From Planctomycetota bacterium (GTDB lineage Bacteria > Planctomycetota > B15-G4): a stretch of DNA of 64,000 nucleotides. This document shows, in pieces, positions 52,517 to 63,944 of the stretch (positions within the stretch are counted from its first letter, which is position 1; every line of letters starts with the position of its first letter). The translations under genes were made by a program, and so were the position numbers. The DNA lies in NCBI GenBank assembly GCA_038212275.1, contig JBBQUR010000019.1, positions 34,627 to 98,626 of the forward strand, given 5' to 3'. Below the pieces are notes generated by a model that did no database searches, had not been told where the DNA came from, and worked only from the letters and a program-made list of their open reading frames with translations.

Positions 52517-53739
52517 GACTCGGTCTCGCCGGGGACGACGCCCAGCCAGTGATCGGTCGCCATGCCCTGGCCGGTGAGCGTCACCGAGCCCGTCACCTCG
52601 GTTCCATCGCCTCCCACGAGCGTGATCGCGACGCGCTGCACGACCGTGTTCGAGAGCGTCTCGGTGACCGACATGTTGCCGCTCAGCGAGCAGGCCACGG
52701 CCAGAGCCGCTTCGTTCATGCCTGCGCCGGCCGCATCGAAGGCCACGCCCGAGTTGTTGGCCGCGCCGGTGACGGCGGTGGCGATGGCCATGCCGCCCGT
52801 TCCGCTCATGGAGATCTGCAGCGTGTAGGCGCGACCGGGCAGAAGCGCGGCGGCGAGGTTGAAGCTCCCCAGATCCACCGACACGTTGCTCGCGGGCGCC
52901 GTGGTCACCAGCGAATACGTGCCGTGCTTCTTCCACCAGCCCCAGGCGTTGCCGTTCGGAACGTTGACCTTTTTCTTCTTCTTGCTGTCCCAGACGTAGG
53001 ACGACGTGACGGGAAGCGCGACCGGGTCCAGCGTGAAGCTTCCCAGCGCTGCGCCTTCGGGGCGGGCATCGCCCGGGGCGCGCGCCCGGTACAGCGTGAG
53101 GGTGACGGTGCCACTCACCGGCGAGATCGCGGCGAGCGGCAGCGAGAAGGACGTCGGGCTCGCATTCACGAGCTGCTCCGTGATGCCGGGCACGAGCGAT
53201 GCGCCGACGGGAGACGGCGAGGCCAGCGTGAAGCCGATCGCGATCTTGTCAGTGGCCTCGAGGATCGTGGCCGTGGGCGTCGAGCCTCCGGGCAGGGCCG
53301 CGCTCCAGACCGTGCCGCCGCGCACGGCCGGCGTGCCCTCGCGATAGCGAGCCAGCGTCTCGGCGGCGAAACTGCCGCTGGTCAGCCCCTCGAGCAGGTA
53401 GCCCTGCGACCCGTTGGGCCGGACCACGATGAGCTTGTCCTTGCGGAAGGCATACGTGGTGGTATTGCCCTGCGGGTCGGAGAGCGTGAGCGATGTGCTG
53501 TTGGGCACCTCGGCCCACCACGCGTAGCGGATCTCGTCCGCGATGGAGCTGAGCGACTCCTCGAGCGAAGAATCCTGCTCCGAATCGAGCTCCTTCAGCT
53601 GCGTGCCGAACATGCCGGCCGTCGTGGCCGTGGCGATGAGCAGCAACGCGCCGAGTGTCGCGGCCAGCATGATTTCGATGAGCGTGAAGCCGCGCTCCGC
53701 AGCCCGCCTCGCCTGACGGCCCTGCGCGTCAGCAGGCAT
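52513..53739 (-). CDS. Large minor prepilin, PilW/GspJ-like (copy W3)
   Basis: RG|FTLIEIML; IRYAWW, RPNG, RYREG, RAPGDARP, DHWLGVVPGE. Confidence 0.82.
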   Translation of the reverse strand: MPADAQGRQARRAAERGFTLIEIMLAATLGALLLIATATTAGMFGTQLKELDSEQDSSLEESLSSIADEIRYAWWAEVPNSTSLTLSDPQGNTTTYAFRKDKLIVVRPNGSQGYLLEGLTSGSFAAETLARYREGTPAVRGGTVWSAALPGGSTPTATILEATDKIAIGFTLASPSPVGASLVPGITEQLVNASPTSFSLPLAAISPVSGTVTLTLYRARAPGDARPEGAALGSFTLDPVALPVTSSYVWDSKKKKKVNVPNGNAWGWWKKHGTYSLVTTAPASNVSVDLGSFNLAAALLPGRAYTLQISMSGTGGMAIATAVTGAANNSGVAFDAAGAGMNEAALAVACSLSGNMSVTETLSNTVVQRVAITLVGGDGTEVTGSVTLTGQGMATDHWLGVVPGETES

Positions 53740-53893
53740 GGACGTCTCGCTCCGGCGCGGCGCAGCGCAGAACGAAGCGCGGCCTGCCGGATCCGACTGA
53801 TCCGTCGTATTCAAGTGCAGCGTCCAGGTGGGTGTGAGCGGCCGGCCCGCGGCGGGGTGAGCGCCGGGTGATCTGGAACGGTCCGCAGCCGGG

Positions 53894-53923
53894 CTATCGT
53901 CGGGCGCGCGGCGCGGACTTGAG
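53894..53923 (-). promoter_or_regulatory. sigma28-like promoter motif
   Basis: CTCAAG-N16-GACGATAG. Confidence 0.55.
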
Positions 53924-53993
53924 CATCCGTCGGGCGCGTCCCGGAACGGACACGCCTTGAGAGCTGCGGCCGCCCGGTGCACGATGCCCACCC

Positions 53994-55748
53994 GTGACGA
54001 GCGCTCGCGCCACCTTGCTCTGGTCCCTGCTCGCAGGGTTGCTGTCGTTCGGGGCGAGCCTGCACTGGGACGCCTCGCCCGACCTGTCGGGCGTCATGGC
54101 CGAAGTGGACGGCGTGCATCCCGTGCGTGCGGCGCAAGCTCTGCGCGAGGCCTACGTCCCCGGCGGTGGCTTCCTCGACAAGTATCCGCCGCTCGGCTCC
54201 TTCCTGATGGGTGTGGTCGTCGCAGCGACCGACGCCTCGTACGGCGCCGAGAGCGCGACCATCCCGGACTTGTCGGCGGAGCTGCGGCGGCCGGCGCTCT
54301 GGTCCCTGCGCGAACGAACCCAGCGCCTGCTCGGCGCGGAGCGGCTTTTGTCGCGTCTCGCGCTGGCCGGCAGCGTGGCTCTGCTGTGCGCGCTGGCGCT
54401 CCGCTTGCTTCGGCGGCCGGAACGGGCCGCGCGGACAGCAGCGGCGTCGGCCGTGCCGGCGGTTGCCGCCCTGCTCGCCGCGCTGGTCTTCGGCTGCAGC
54501 GCGCCGGCCCTGTACTACGCCGACACCACCAATGTGGACGCCCTCGCCTTGCTCGGCAGCCTCGCGAGCGTGCTGCTGTGCGTGCAGCGCCGCTGGATCT
54601 GCGCGGCCGTCGCCCTGGCGCTGGCCACGGCCGTCAAGGATCCGGCCGCAGCGCTCGCGCCGGTGATCCTCGCCGGCGCCTGGTTCGACCGAGTGGCCGG
54701 CGCGACCGGCGTGACCGGCGCGACCGGCGCAACCGGCGCAACCGGCGCAACCGGCGCAACCGGCGCGGCTGGCGCGATCGGCGTGACCGGCGTGACCGGC
54801 AGGCAGGCGTTTGCGGCGCGCGCGCGCCGACTGGCGGCGGTGATGGCCGCGGGACTGCTGACCTACGCCCTGGCGTCGGGCGCCGTCACGGGGCCCGGCG
54901 TGTGGTGGCAGCACGTGCGCTACCTCTTCGCCGGCGGCATCGGTGGAGTGGATCGCATCGACCATGCCGTGCCGGCGCAATGGATCGCGTTGACCGGCTA
55001 CATCGCCTCCCTCGTGCGCGGCGCCCTCGGCTTGGGCGCCGCACTCTTCGGCCTGCTCGGCCTGGCGCTGCTCGTGCGCGAGCGCGGACGCACGGGATGG
55101 TTGCTGCTGGCGGCGTGTCTCGCCACGCCGGTGCTCTTCGTGCTGCCGATCGGTTTCGTGTATGCGCGCTTCCTGCTGGTGCCGATGGCGCTGCTGTGCG
55201 CGGGCCTGGCCGTCCTGCTCGTGCGTCTCGCGGAAGGGCCGGCGGGGCGCCCCACGCGACTCGGGCTGCTGGGAGCAGGGGCTTGCGCACTGCTCGTCGT
55301 GGCGGGCGATCGCCAGATGTTCGACTTTCACCGCCACGTCGCGCCGGCGCTCGACGCCCGCCGCGCCTTCGCGCAGGACCTGCCGAGCCGCGCCCCGGAC
55401 GGCTCGCGCATCGTGATGTTCGCCGACGAGCGCGAGCATGGCCCGCCGCTGGATCCCGGCCGCTGGACACTGGACGTGGCGGGTCTCGACACCGCCGATG
55501 CCCGGCTGCGTGACTGGGCCGCCGCGCTGCCGGAGGAGCGTCCCGACTTCGTGCTGTGGATGAGCTTTCCGACGGATCGGCCGTCGGGCCTCCCGACCAC
55601 GCCCTGGCCGCTGCCTGAGCCCGGCACGCGTGTCGGCGGCGTCTTCGAGGTGGTCGAGGTGCTGCCGGCGCCCGCCCCGGAGAGCTGGCCGGCGCGCAGC
55701 CTCGCGGTCCGCCCGCAGATCATGCTGCTGGCCCGACTGCCTCCCTGA
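53994..55748 (+). CDS. Polytopic membrane glycosyltransferase, GT-C (ArnT/PMT-like)
   Basis: Many TM segments, acidic EVD after TM1, DKYPPL, TNVD, ATAVK, YARFLLVP; soluble C-terminal domain. Confidence 0.6.
   Translation: MTSARATLLWSLLAGLLSFGASLHWDASPDLSGVMAEVDGVHPVRAAQALREAYVPGGGFLDKYPPLGSFLMGVVVAATDASYGAESATIPDLSAELRRPALWSLRERTQRLLGAERLLSRLALAGSVALLCALALRLLRRPERAARTAAASAVPAVAALLAALVFGCSAPALYYADTTNVDALALLGSLASVLLCVQRRWICAAVALALATAVKDPAAALAPVILAGAWFDRVAGATGVTGATGATGATGATGATGAAGAIGVTGVTGRQAFAARARRLAAVMAAGLLTYALASGAVTGPGVWWQHVRYLFAGGIGGVDRIDHAVPAQWIALTGYIASLVRGALGLGAALFGLLGLALLVRERGRTGWLLLAACLATPVLFVLPIGFVYARFLLVPMALLCAGLAVLLVRLAEGPAGRPTRLGLLGAGACALLVVAGDRQMFDFHRHVAPALDARRAFAQDLPSRAPDGSRIVMFADEREHGPPLDPGRWTLDVAGLDTADARLRDWAAALPEERPDFVLWMSFPTDRPSGLPTTPWPLPEPGTRVGGVFEVVEVLPAPAPESWPARSLAVRPQIMLLARLPP
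54699..54797. repeat. 9-bp in-frame tandem array (11 units, Gly-Ala/Val-Thr)
   Basis: ggcg(cg/tg/ca)acc-type units x11. Confidence 0.95.
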
Positions 55749-55783
55749 TCCACGCCCGGCGCCCGGAAATCCGCGCTCAGCGG

Positions 55784-55819
55784 GCAGGCGACGCTCGCGC
55801 CGCCGAGTGCCGCGCCTGC
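55784..55819. terminator. Hairpin between convergent genes
   Basis: gcaggcg...ctcg/cgag...cgcctgc; no U-tract. Confidence 0.3.
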
Positions 55820-55820
55820 T

Positions 55821-55892
55821 CTCGATGGCGTGTGGGGCCTCGATGGCGCGCGGGCCATCGAGGGCGTGCGGTCGCTCGATGGCGTGAGGGCT
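55821..55892. repeat. 18-bp degenerate tandem repeat x4 (intergenic)
   Basis: ctcgatggcgtgtggggc / ctcgatggcgcgcgggcc / atcgagggcgtgcggtcg / ctcgatggcgtgagggct. Confidence 0.8.
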
Positions 55893-55992
55893 CGCAGCGG
55901 TCCGCCACATCCTGCTGCGTCGCCACATCACCGCATCACCGCATCGCCGCTTTGCCGCATCGCTGGCTTGCCGCGCGGGACGCTGCAACGCG

Positions 55993-56068
55993 TGGTGGAC
56001 GGTAGGGGGGTCGAACCCCTGACCTCCTGGATGCCATCCAGGCGCTCTACCAACTGAGCTAACCGCCC
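55993..56068 (-). tRNA. tRNA-Ala(GGC)
   Basis: 76-nt cloverleaf GGGCGGTT...CCA, anticodon GGC, G3:U70, A32-U38; upstream TTGCGT-N17-TAGCTT promoter. Confidence 0.97.
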
Positions 56069-56297
56069 TGCGACACGAAGCGCGGTGAAGCTAGGTTGCG
56101 ACCGCGCGCCACGCAAGGGGGTTGTTGCGACGGAACCGTGCGGCGGCCGGCCGGCCTCAGCCTGATTGGCCCGGGGCCGACTCCACGAGACCGGGCCAAG
56201 CAGGCTGGGGCCAGGCGGCTGACGACGGTATCCTGCGCCGCCTTCACGGCTGTTCATCGGCCTCCCGCACACTCTCTCAGCAACTGGTCAGGGCGAC

Positions 56298-58936
<2,639 letters not shown>

Positions 58937-58940
<4 letters not shown>

Positions 58941-59332
58941 GGGACGACCAGCTCGAGACGCGCGATGGGGTCGGGAGGAGCAGCGATGCCTCCGCCGCCC
59001 GCCGCGGATCCGCCTCGCGCCAGCCCGCCGCGCCCGCGCCTGCGGTGCGCGCCATCGTCTTCGTCTGCCACGGGCCATCGTGCTCGGAGCGCGGCAGCCC
59101 GGCCCTCTGCAAGCGGCTGCGCGAACGACTCAACGAGAGTTCCGCGCGCCGCGCCGTGCGCGTCTGCGAAACCAGCTGCCTGGATCACTGCGCCACCGGC
59201 CCCAACGCCCTGCTCTCTCACGAAGGCGCGATCCAGGCCGGACTGGCAGTCGAAGGCCTTGACGACCTCATCACGTTGCTCATGGCCGGCGGCACGCCGC
59301 CCGCGCCGCCCACGCCGACCGCACCATCCTGA
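58937..59332 (+). CDS. Thioredoxin-like (2Fe-2S) ferredoxin
   Basis: VCHGPSC...[16 protein letters not shown] overlap with leuS. Confidence 0.8.
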
Positions 59333-59447
59333 TGAAACCGGCTCTCGACGCCCCGCGATGCCTCGCGACGAATCGCGACGCCGCTCCATCGGCCGTGTCC
59401 CGCAGCCCTTGACCCTGCGGTGCCAGCCCGAGGATCATCGTCTCCGG

Positions 59448-59471
59448 TTCCTTCATTCCTTCATTCCTTCA
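59448..59471. repeat. 8-bp tandem repeat in the tRNA leader
   Basis: ttccttca x3. Confidence 0.85.
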
Positions 59472-59474
59472 CGT

Positions 59475-59551
59475 GCACCCGTAGCTCAGCTGGATAGAGC
59501 GCTTGCCTCCGAAGCAAGAGGTCACAGGTTCGACTCCTGTCGGGTGTACCA
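59475..59551 (+). tRNA. tRNA-Arg(CCG)
   Basis: 77-nt cloverleaf GCACCCG...CGGGTGTACCA, anticodon CCG; upstream TTGACC -35 element. Confidence 0.97.
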
Positions 59552-59940
59552 GCCGTTTGGGGCGGAAAACTGAGGGGTCGGAGAGCGGGTTTTGAGGATC
59601 GGGCGAACGGGCGCGATTTTGCGCGACGTGGGGCGGTCTGGGGCGCGTCGGTGGGGTGGTTTGGCGGCCCGGACGAGGACACTTGAGAACGCCCGAGTGG
59701 CGAAAGCGCTCTCGGTGCTCTCGCTTCCTACGCCACCCGGCGTCCGGATGCCGGGCCATCCATGTTCCCGAACAGAGCGCCGTCGCATACCCGCTGCTCC
59801 AGCTGGCCGGCTCGCGCTCGTGCCATGGCTGAACCACGTGGCCGGCAGCTGAGCGACCAGGTCGTTAGCTGGGCCGGCGCGGCCTTCGCGCACTGGCGAT
59901 AGGCCTCAACGTAGTGACCTAGATGCCAATGCGCATGCAG

Positions 59941-60564
59941 CTAGCCCGGCAGTCTCTGCCTCACGAGGGAGTCGAGTCGCGACAATGCGTCTTTGTGCAT
60001 TTTGCGCGCAGCATCTGCGCTAGGCCGTCCGGACTCCGAAGCAACTTCCTCCCACGATCCGCCGAGGAACTCGCGCAGGATGATCACTTCCTGATCGTCT
60101 TTGGAGAGTTGTCCGAGGCATTCATCGACGATCGCAGCCGACTCTCCCCGCGAAATGTTTTCGGTAGGGGTCGGGCCGCTTCCGGGGAGTGTCGTGTCTG
60201 CTTGTACTCGCCTCGGTGCCGCTCGCTTCTTGGCTGCGTGAAAACGGGCAGCATGGAGGATCTGCCGCTCGGCGATCTTGGAAAGCCAGTTCAATAGGGT
60301 GGCTTCGCTCTTGACACTGAACTTGTCGAAGCTCTGGATGGCCGCAAGGAGCGTCTCTTGCAGGATGTCATCGTCCTCGACGAGCCCGCGCAGTTGAGCT
60401 CCTAGCCGAAGTCGAATGACCCGGTGAAGTCTGGGCTGATAGCGGCGGCAGACCTCATTCAGCGCAGCGACGTCTCCGCGCTGGGCCTTCGAGACCAACG
60501 CCAGTGTAGTTGATAGATCGACCGGTTCATCCGCCACGTCTGACGATCCTCGCTTCTGAGCCAA
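59941..60564 (-). CDS. ECF sigma factor, planctomycete kinase-associated type
   Basis: STTLALV..AQRGD, IRLRLG..LR..VEDDDILQET, WLSKIA, GPTP, region-4 HTH; start uncertain. Confidence 0.85.
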   Translation of the reverse strand: MAQKRGSSDVADEPVDLSTTLALVSKAQRGDVAALNEVCRRYQPRLHRVIRLRLGAQLRGLVEDDDILQETLLAAIQSFDKFSVKSEATLLNWLSKIAERQILHAARFHAAKKRAAPRRVQADTTLPGSGPTPTENISRGESAAIVDECLGQLSKDDQEVIILREFLGGSWEEVASESGRPSADAARKMHKDALSRLDSLVRQRLPG

Positions 60565-60701
60565 GTGTAACTACCAATCAGACCCTAGCAGTACTGTCCC
60601 CGTCGTCAACTAGTGTGGCCCCGAGAGTGGCCGCCAAGCGCCAGCGCGCGCAGTCATGTGCTGCACGCGCTGGACTGGCATTTGTGATGCGGCTTGGTGA
60701 C

Positions 60702-61244
60702 TTACCGAGCGTAGATGCCGTCGTACAGGTGGGTGTACGGGCTCGGTTTCGGCGTGGCAGGCAACGTCATCGTATGAAAGTGCATGTCGCCAAAGTGCAG
60801 TGTGTCCCCGCTCAAGCCGTTGTTGAAGTGATACTGCGTCAGGCCGCCGAAGTTGGCGCTGGCCCCACGAGAGGGCGTGTCGAATCTGGGCAGCTCGGGC
60901 CAGCTGACGTCAGTGGCCGTTCCTTGGAGGCCATTGGAGAAGGCATAGGTGGTGACGTTTCCGAGCTGCGATGAGGTCCCGGTGACGCCGTTGTTGAGCC
61001 AGTACGCCTCCGTGGGGCCGATCGGGAACGACGAGACCGTCAGGCCGTTGTTGAACGAGCTGAAGGTGGAGTCGCCGATCCTCATGGTGCTTCCGGAGAG
61101 GCCATCGCTGAACTGGTGGAACGAGAAGTCGCCGATGTCCAAGCTGCTGCCCGTGATGGTATGGGAGTACCTCTGGCCCGTGGTCCAGGGCGCCATGAAC
61201 AAGAGGCTGGCCAGAATCGTTGCAAGGGTCATGAAGCGAAACAT
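60702..61244 (-). CDS. Secreted hypothetical protein with ~19-aa internal repeats
   Basis: GGAG RBS, signal peptide, repeats of G.S..IG..T...F(S/N)NGL. Confidence 0.7.
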   Translation of the reverse strand: MFRFMTLATILASLLFMAPWTTGQRYSHTITGSSLDIGDFSFHQFSDGLSGSTMRIGDSTFSSFNNGLTVSSFPIGPTEAYWLNNGVTGTSSQLGNVTTYAFSNGLQGTATDVSWPELPRFDTPSRGASANFGGLTQYHFNNGLSGDTLHFGDMHFHTMTLPATPKPSPYTHLYDGIYAR

Positions 61245-61496
61245 GCTTTTCTCCGGTGAGGTTTTGCGCCCGAGTGGTGCGCTCAACCGGCTTAGGCCCA
61301 ACGGATCGCAAACCGGAGCGGGATTCCGTGCCCGGTGGGAGCTGTACTCGTAAGTGTCTGTTCAACAGTATGTTGCGGAAGGTAGGCAGCCGACATCACA
61401 CCCGGAGGGCGAACGGGCAAGCGGTATCGCGCATGGTTCTCCTCGCGATGCCGAGGGGTACGCTCACCGCTGCCTGAAGATGAAGGAGTTCAGCTA

Positions 61497-63944
61497 ATGG
61501 CGAGCCACCAGGGCGCCCCAACGGATCAGTCGGATGATCCGACGGTGGCCACCGTCCTTCGTGACTACCTAGGACAACTGCGAGCGAAGGCGGACCTCGC
61601 TCCGGTAGATGAGCCAAGGTGCGGCGACTCGATCAACGAGTTCGAGTTGCGTCGCCTCGTCGGACGAGGCGGGATGGGGACGGTCTGGGAGGCCCGACAG
61701 CATTCGCTTGATCGCGTGGTGGCGCTGAAACTCCTTCGAGGCGATGTCGCACATGCTTCGCGCGAAAGGTTCCTGCGAGAGGCCCAATCGCTCGCGCGGG
61801 TCAAGCACGACAATGTCGTACAGATCTACGCCGTCGGCGATTCAGAGGGTGTGCTGTACATCGCCCAAGAACTCGTCGTGGGCGGCCTAACCGTGCGCGA
61901 TCTGGTGGACGTGATGCGGTTGCAATCGCTGCCTTCCCTTCAGCTCTACGACGAGGTTGCATCCTTGGCTGCGAGAGTGTGCGATGCCCTTCAATGCGTG
62001 CATGACGCAGGCATGATTCACCGCGACATCAAGCCTGCCAACATTCTCGTGTCGGCGAGCGGCGTGCCAAAGGTCGCGGACTTCGGTATTGCCAGACTGC
62101 TAACCGATGCGACCCTCTCTGCGACCGGGGACATGGCTGGCACGGTGTACTACATGAGTCCCGAGCAGGCGTCAGCTAGTGCGGGCGAGGTCGATCACCG
62201 CTCAGATGTGTTCTCTATGGGTGCGACGCTCTACGAACTGCTGACCACCCAGAGGCCGTTCGAGGGAGGCAGCCGGGAGGAGGTCCTCCGCAAACTCATG
62301 GATGGATCGGTGACGTCTCCCGACTTGGTGCGCCCTGGCGTTCCACGCGACCTGTCGGCCATCTGCATGAAGGCGCTTCGACGGTGGCCATCTGATCGTT
62401 ACCAGTCATCGGGCGACTTCGCGGCTGACCTCCGCCGATTCATTGAGCGGAAGCCAATCACCGCGCGCCAAGTGTCGGCCATGGATCGACTCACCAAGTG
62501 GACCAGACGCTACCCAATGGCGGCCGCGCTCATCTGCGTCTCCCTGCTAGGTTCCGTCGCTGTGACCGGCTTGTACCTTCAGGCGAGGACCGCTCGCGAA
62601 CGCGAGGGAAGGAAGGCCAGTGAACTCTCGACTGCCCTCCAGGATGTCGAAGCGGCCCTGCATCGCGAGCAGGCCGCCGTTGCGGATCTCGCCAAGGCGA
62701 ATGCTCGGTACATCGAAGAAAAAGAGGCAGCTGACGACACGACTAAGTTCATTTCTAGTTACCTTACATCATCCGGAATAGGCGTAACGTCGGGACTCAC
62801 GATTCCCGCGGTGACGTACTATCAGGCAGCAGCGAGCGGCTTGCTTAACGGCTCCTTTTCCAGCAAGCCTCTGGCGCGCGCGAGTATCGCGGGGATCGTG
62901 GGGAAGGGGCTCGTTGACGTAGGGATGGCAGCCGACGGAATCGCGATCCTTGAGGAAGCGAGGAACATCTACCGGGACAGATCCGACAGCGCCTCGAGTC
63001 TGGTCCTTGTGCTCCTCAACTTAGCGGAGGCGTATCAGCATGCTGGCAACGAGAAACTTGGAAATGATGCCCTGGACGAGGCGGAGCAGGCGGTCAGCCG
63101 AATCGTTGAGGATGAGGCTGATGGACAGGGAAGGCGCCGCGTCGTCAGGCTTGTGAAGTTGGCTCGTGCCTCCAGTTTGTGCGCGCAAGGTAGGTTTTCG
63201 GACGCCATCGCGATTGCGAAAGCTCAACTTGCAGAGTCGGTCGCCGAGGATGGAAATACCGCTGCTGATACGGTCGCCTGTGCATCTGTGCTTGCGCGTG
63301 CAATGCACTCCGATGGAAGGGATGCTGAAGCAGTTGGAGTGCTTCATGACTACTTGCTGGCCCCAATGGCTGCCATCGACACTGCCGAGCTGCCAGAACT
63401 CGTTAGGCTGAGCAAGGCCGGCCGCATGCTTGTTGAATGCGGGGCCGTAGGTCAGGGTATCGACATTCTTCGCCCCGCCTTGGCACGCCAAGTCGCTCTT
63501 GCAGGCGAAGACAGCCCGGGAACTCTCTATACAGCCGAAGCCTTGGCTGCCGCCTATTTGGAGAACAGCCTATTTGACGAAGCTGAGGCTCAGTTGCTCT
63601 GGCTTGAGCGGTTGGTCAGCAAGACTGCCGGCCCTTCATCGCCTGACATGACGTCGCTATTGTGGAATCGTGTCCTGTGCCAGGTTGGGCGGATTGAGCA
63701 GCTGCGCGGCAACACCAACTGGCGAGCTTCGGCCGCAGGAATGATGGACCTTTCCCTGACCGGTATCCCAACCGCAAGTTTGGATGAGGCGCTCGTGAGC
63801 CTCAAGAGCATGCGGGCCGATCTCAGTCGTATGCTGGAGATCGTCAAGAACCTACAGGGGGGCGGAGTTGCGGGACTAGAGGGACAGGTCGCCGCATACG
63901 AGGGCGCGGTGATAACGCTCGACGAGACGATTGGAACTCGCTGA
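61497..63944 (+). CDS. Hanks-type Ser/Thr protein kinase with TM segment and TPR-like C-terminus
   Basis: GRGGMG, VALK, HRDIKPAN, DFG, YMSPEQ; AAGGAG RBS. Confidence 0.95.
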   Translation: MASHQGAPTDQSDDPTVATVLRDYLGQLRAKADLAPVDEPRCGDSINEFELRRLVGRGGMGTVWEARQHSLDRVVALKLLRGDVAHASRERFLREAQSLARVKHDNVVQIYAVGDSEGVLYIAQELVVGGLTVRDLVDVMRLQSLPSLQLYDEVASLAARVCDALQCVHDAGMIHRDIKPANILVSASGVPKVADFGIARLLTDATLSATGDMAGTVYYMSPEQASASAGEVDHRSDVFSMGATLYELLTTQRPFEGGSREEVLRKLMDGSVTSPDLVRPGVPRDLSAICMKALRRWPSDRYQSSGDFAADLRRFIERKPITARQVSAMDRLTKWTRRYPMAAALICVSLLGSVAVTGLYLQARTAREREGRKASELSTALQDVEAALHREQAAVADLAKANARYIEEKEAADDTTKFISSYLTSSGIGVTSGLTIPAVTYYQAAASGLLNGSFSSKPLARASIAGIVGKGLVDVGMAADGIAILEEARNIYRDRSDSASSLVLVLLNLAEAYQHAGNEKLGNDALDEAEQAVSRIVEDEADGQGRRRVVRLVKLARASSLCAQGRFSDAIAIAKAQLAESVAEDGNTAADTVACASVLARAMHSDGRDAEAVGVLHDYLLAPMAAIDTAELPELVRLSKAGRMLVECGAVGQGIDILRPALARQVALAGEDSPGTLYTAEALAAAYLENSLFDEAEAQLLWLERLVSKTAGPSSPDMTSLLWNRVLCQVGRIEQLRGNTNWRASAAGMMDLSLTGIPTASLDEALVSLKSMRADLSRMLEIVKNLQGGGVAGLEGQVAAYEGAVITLDETIGTR

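Noticed and set aside
45211..53990. c-di-GMP riboswitches or invertible/silent cassettes in the pilin array
   Set aside because: No aptamer consensus, inverted repeats or recombinase seen; every pilin gene is full length with its own leader peptide.
55821..55892. Mini CRISPR array
   Set aside because: Contiguous 18-bp degenerate units, no unique spacers, no cas genes.
59552..59930. Integrase remnant next to tRNA-Arg
   Set aside because: No recombinase motifs in any listed frame; the ORFs overlap the tRNA.
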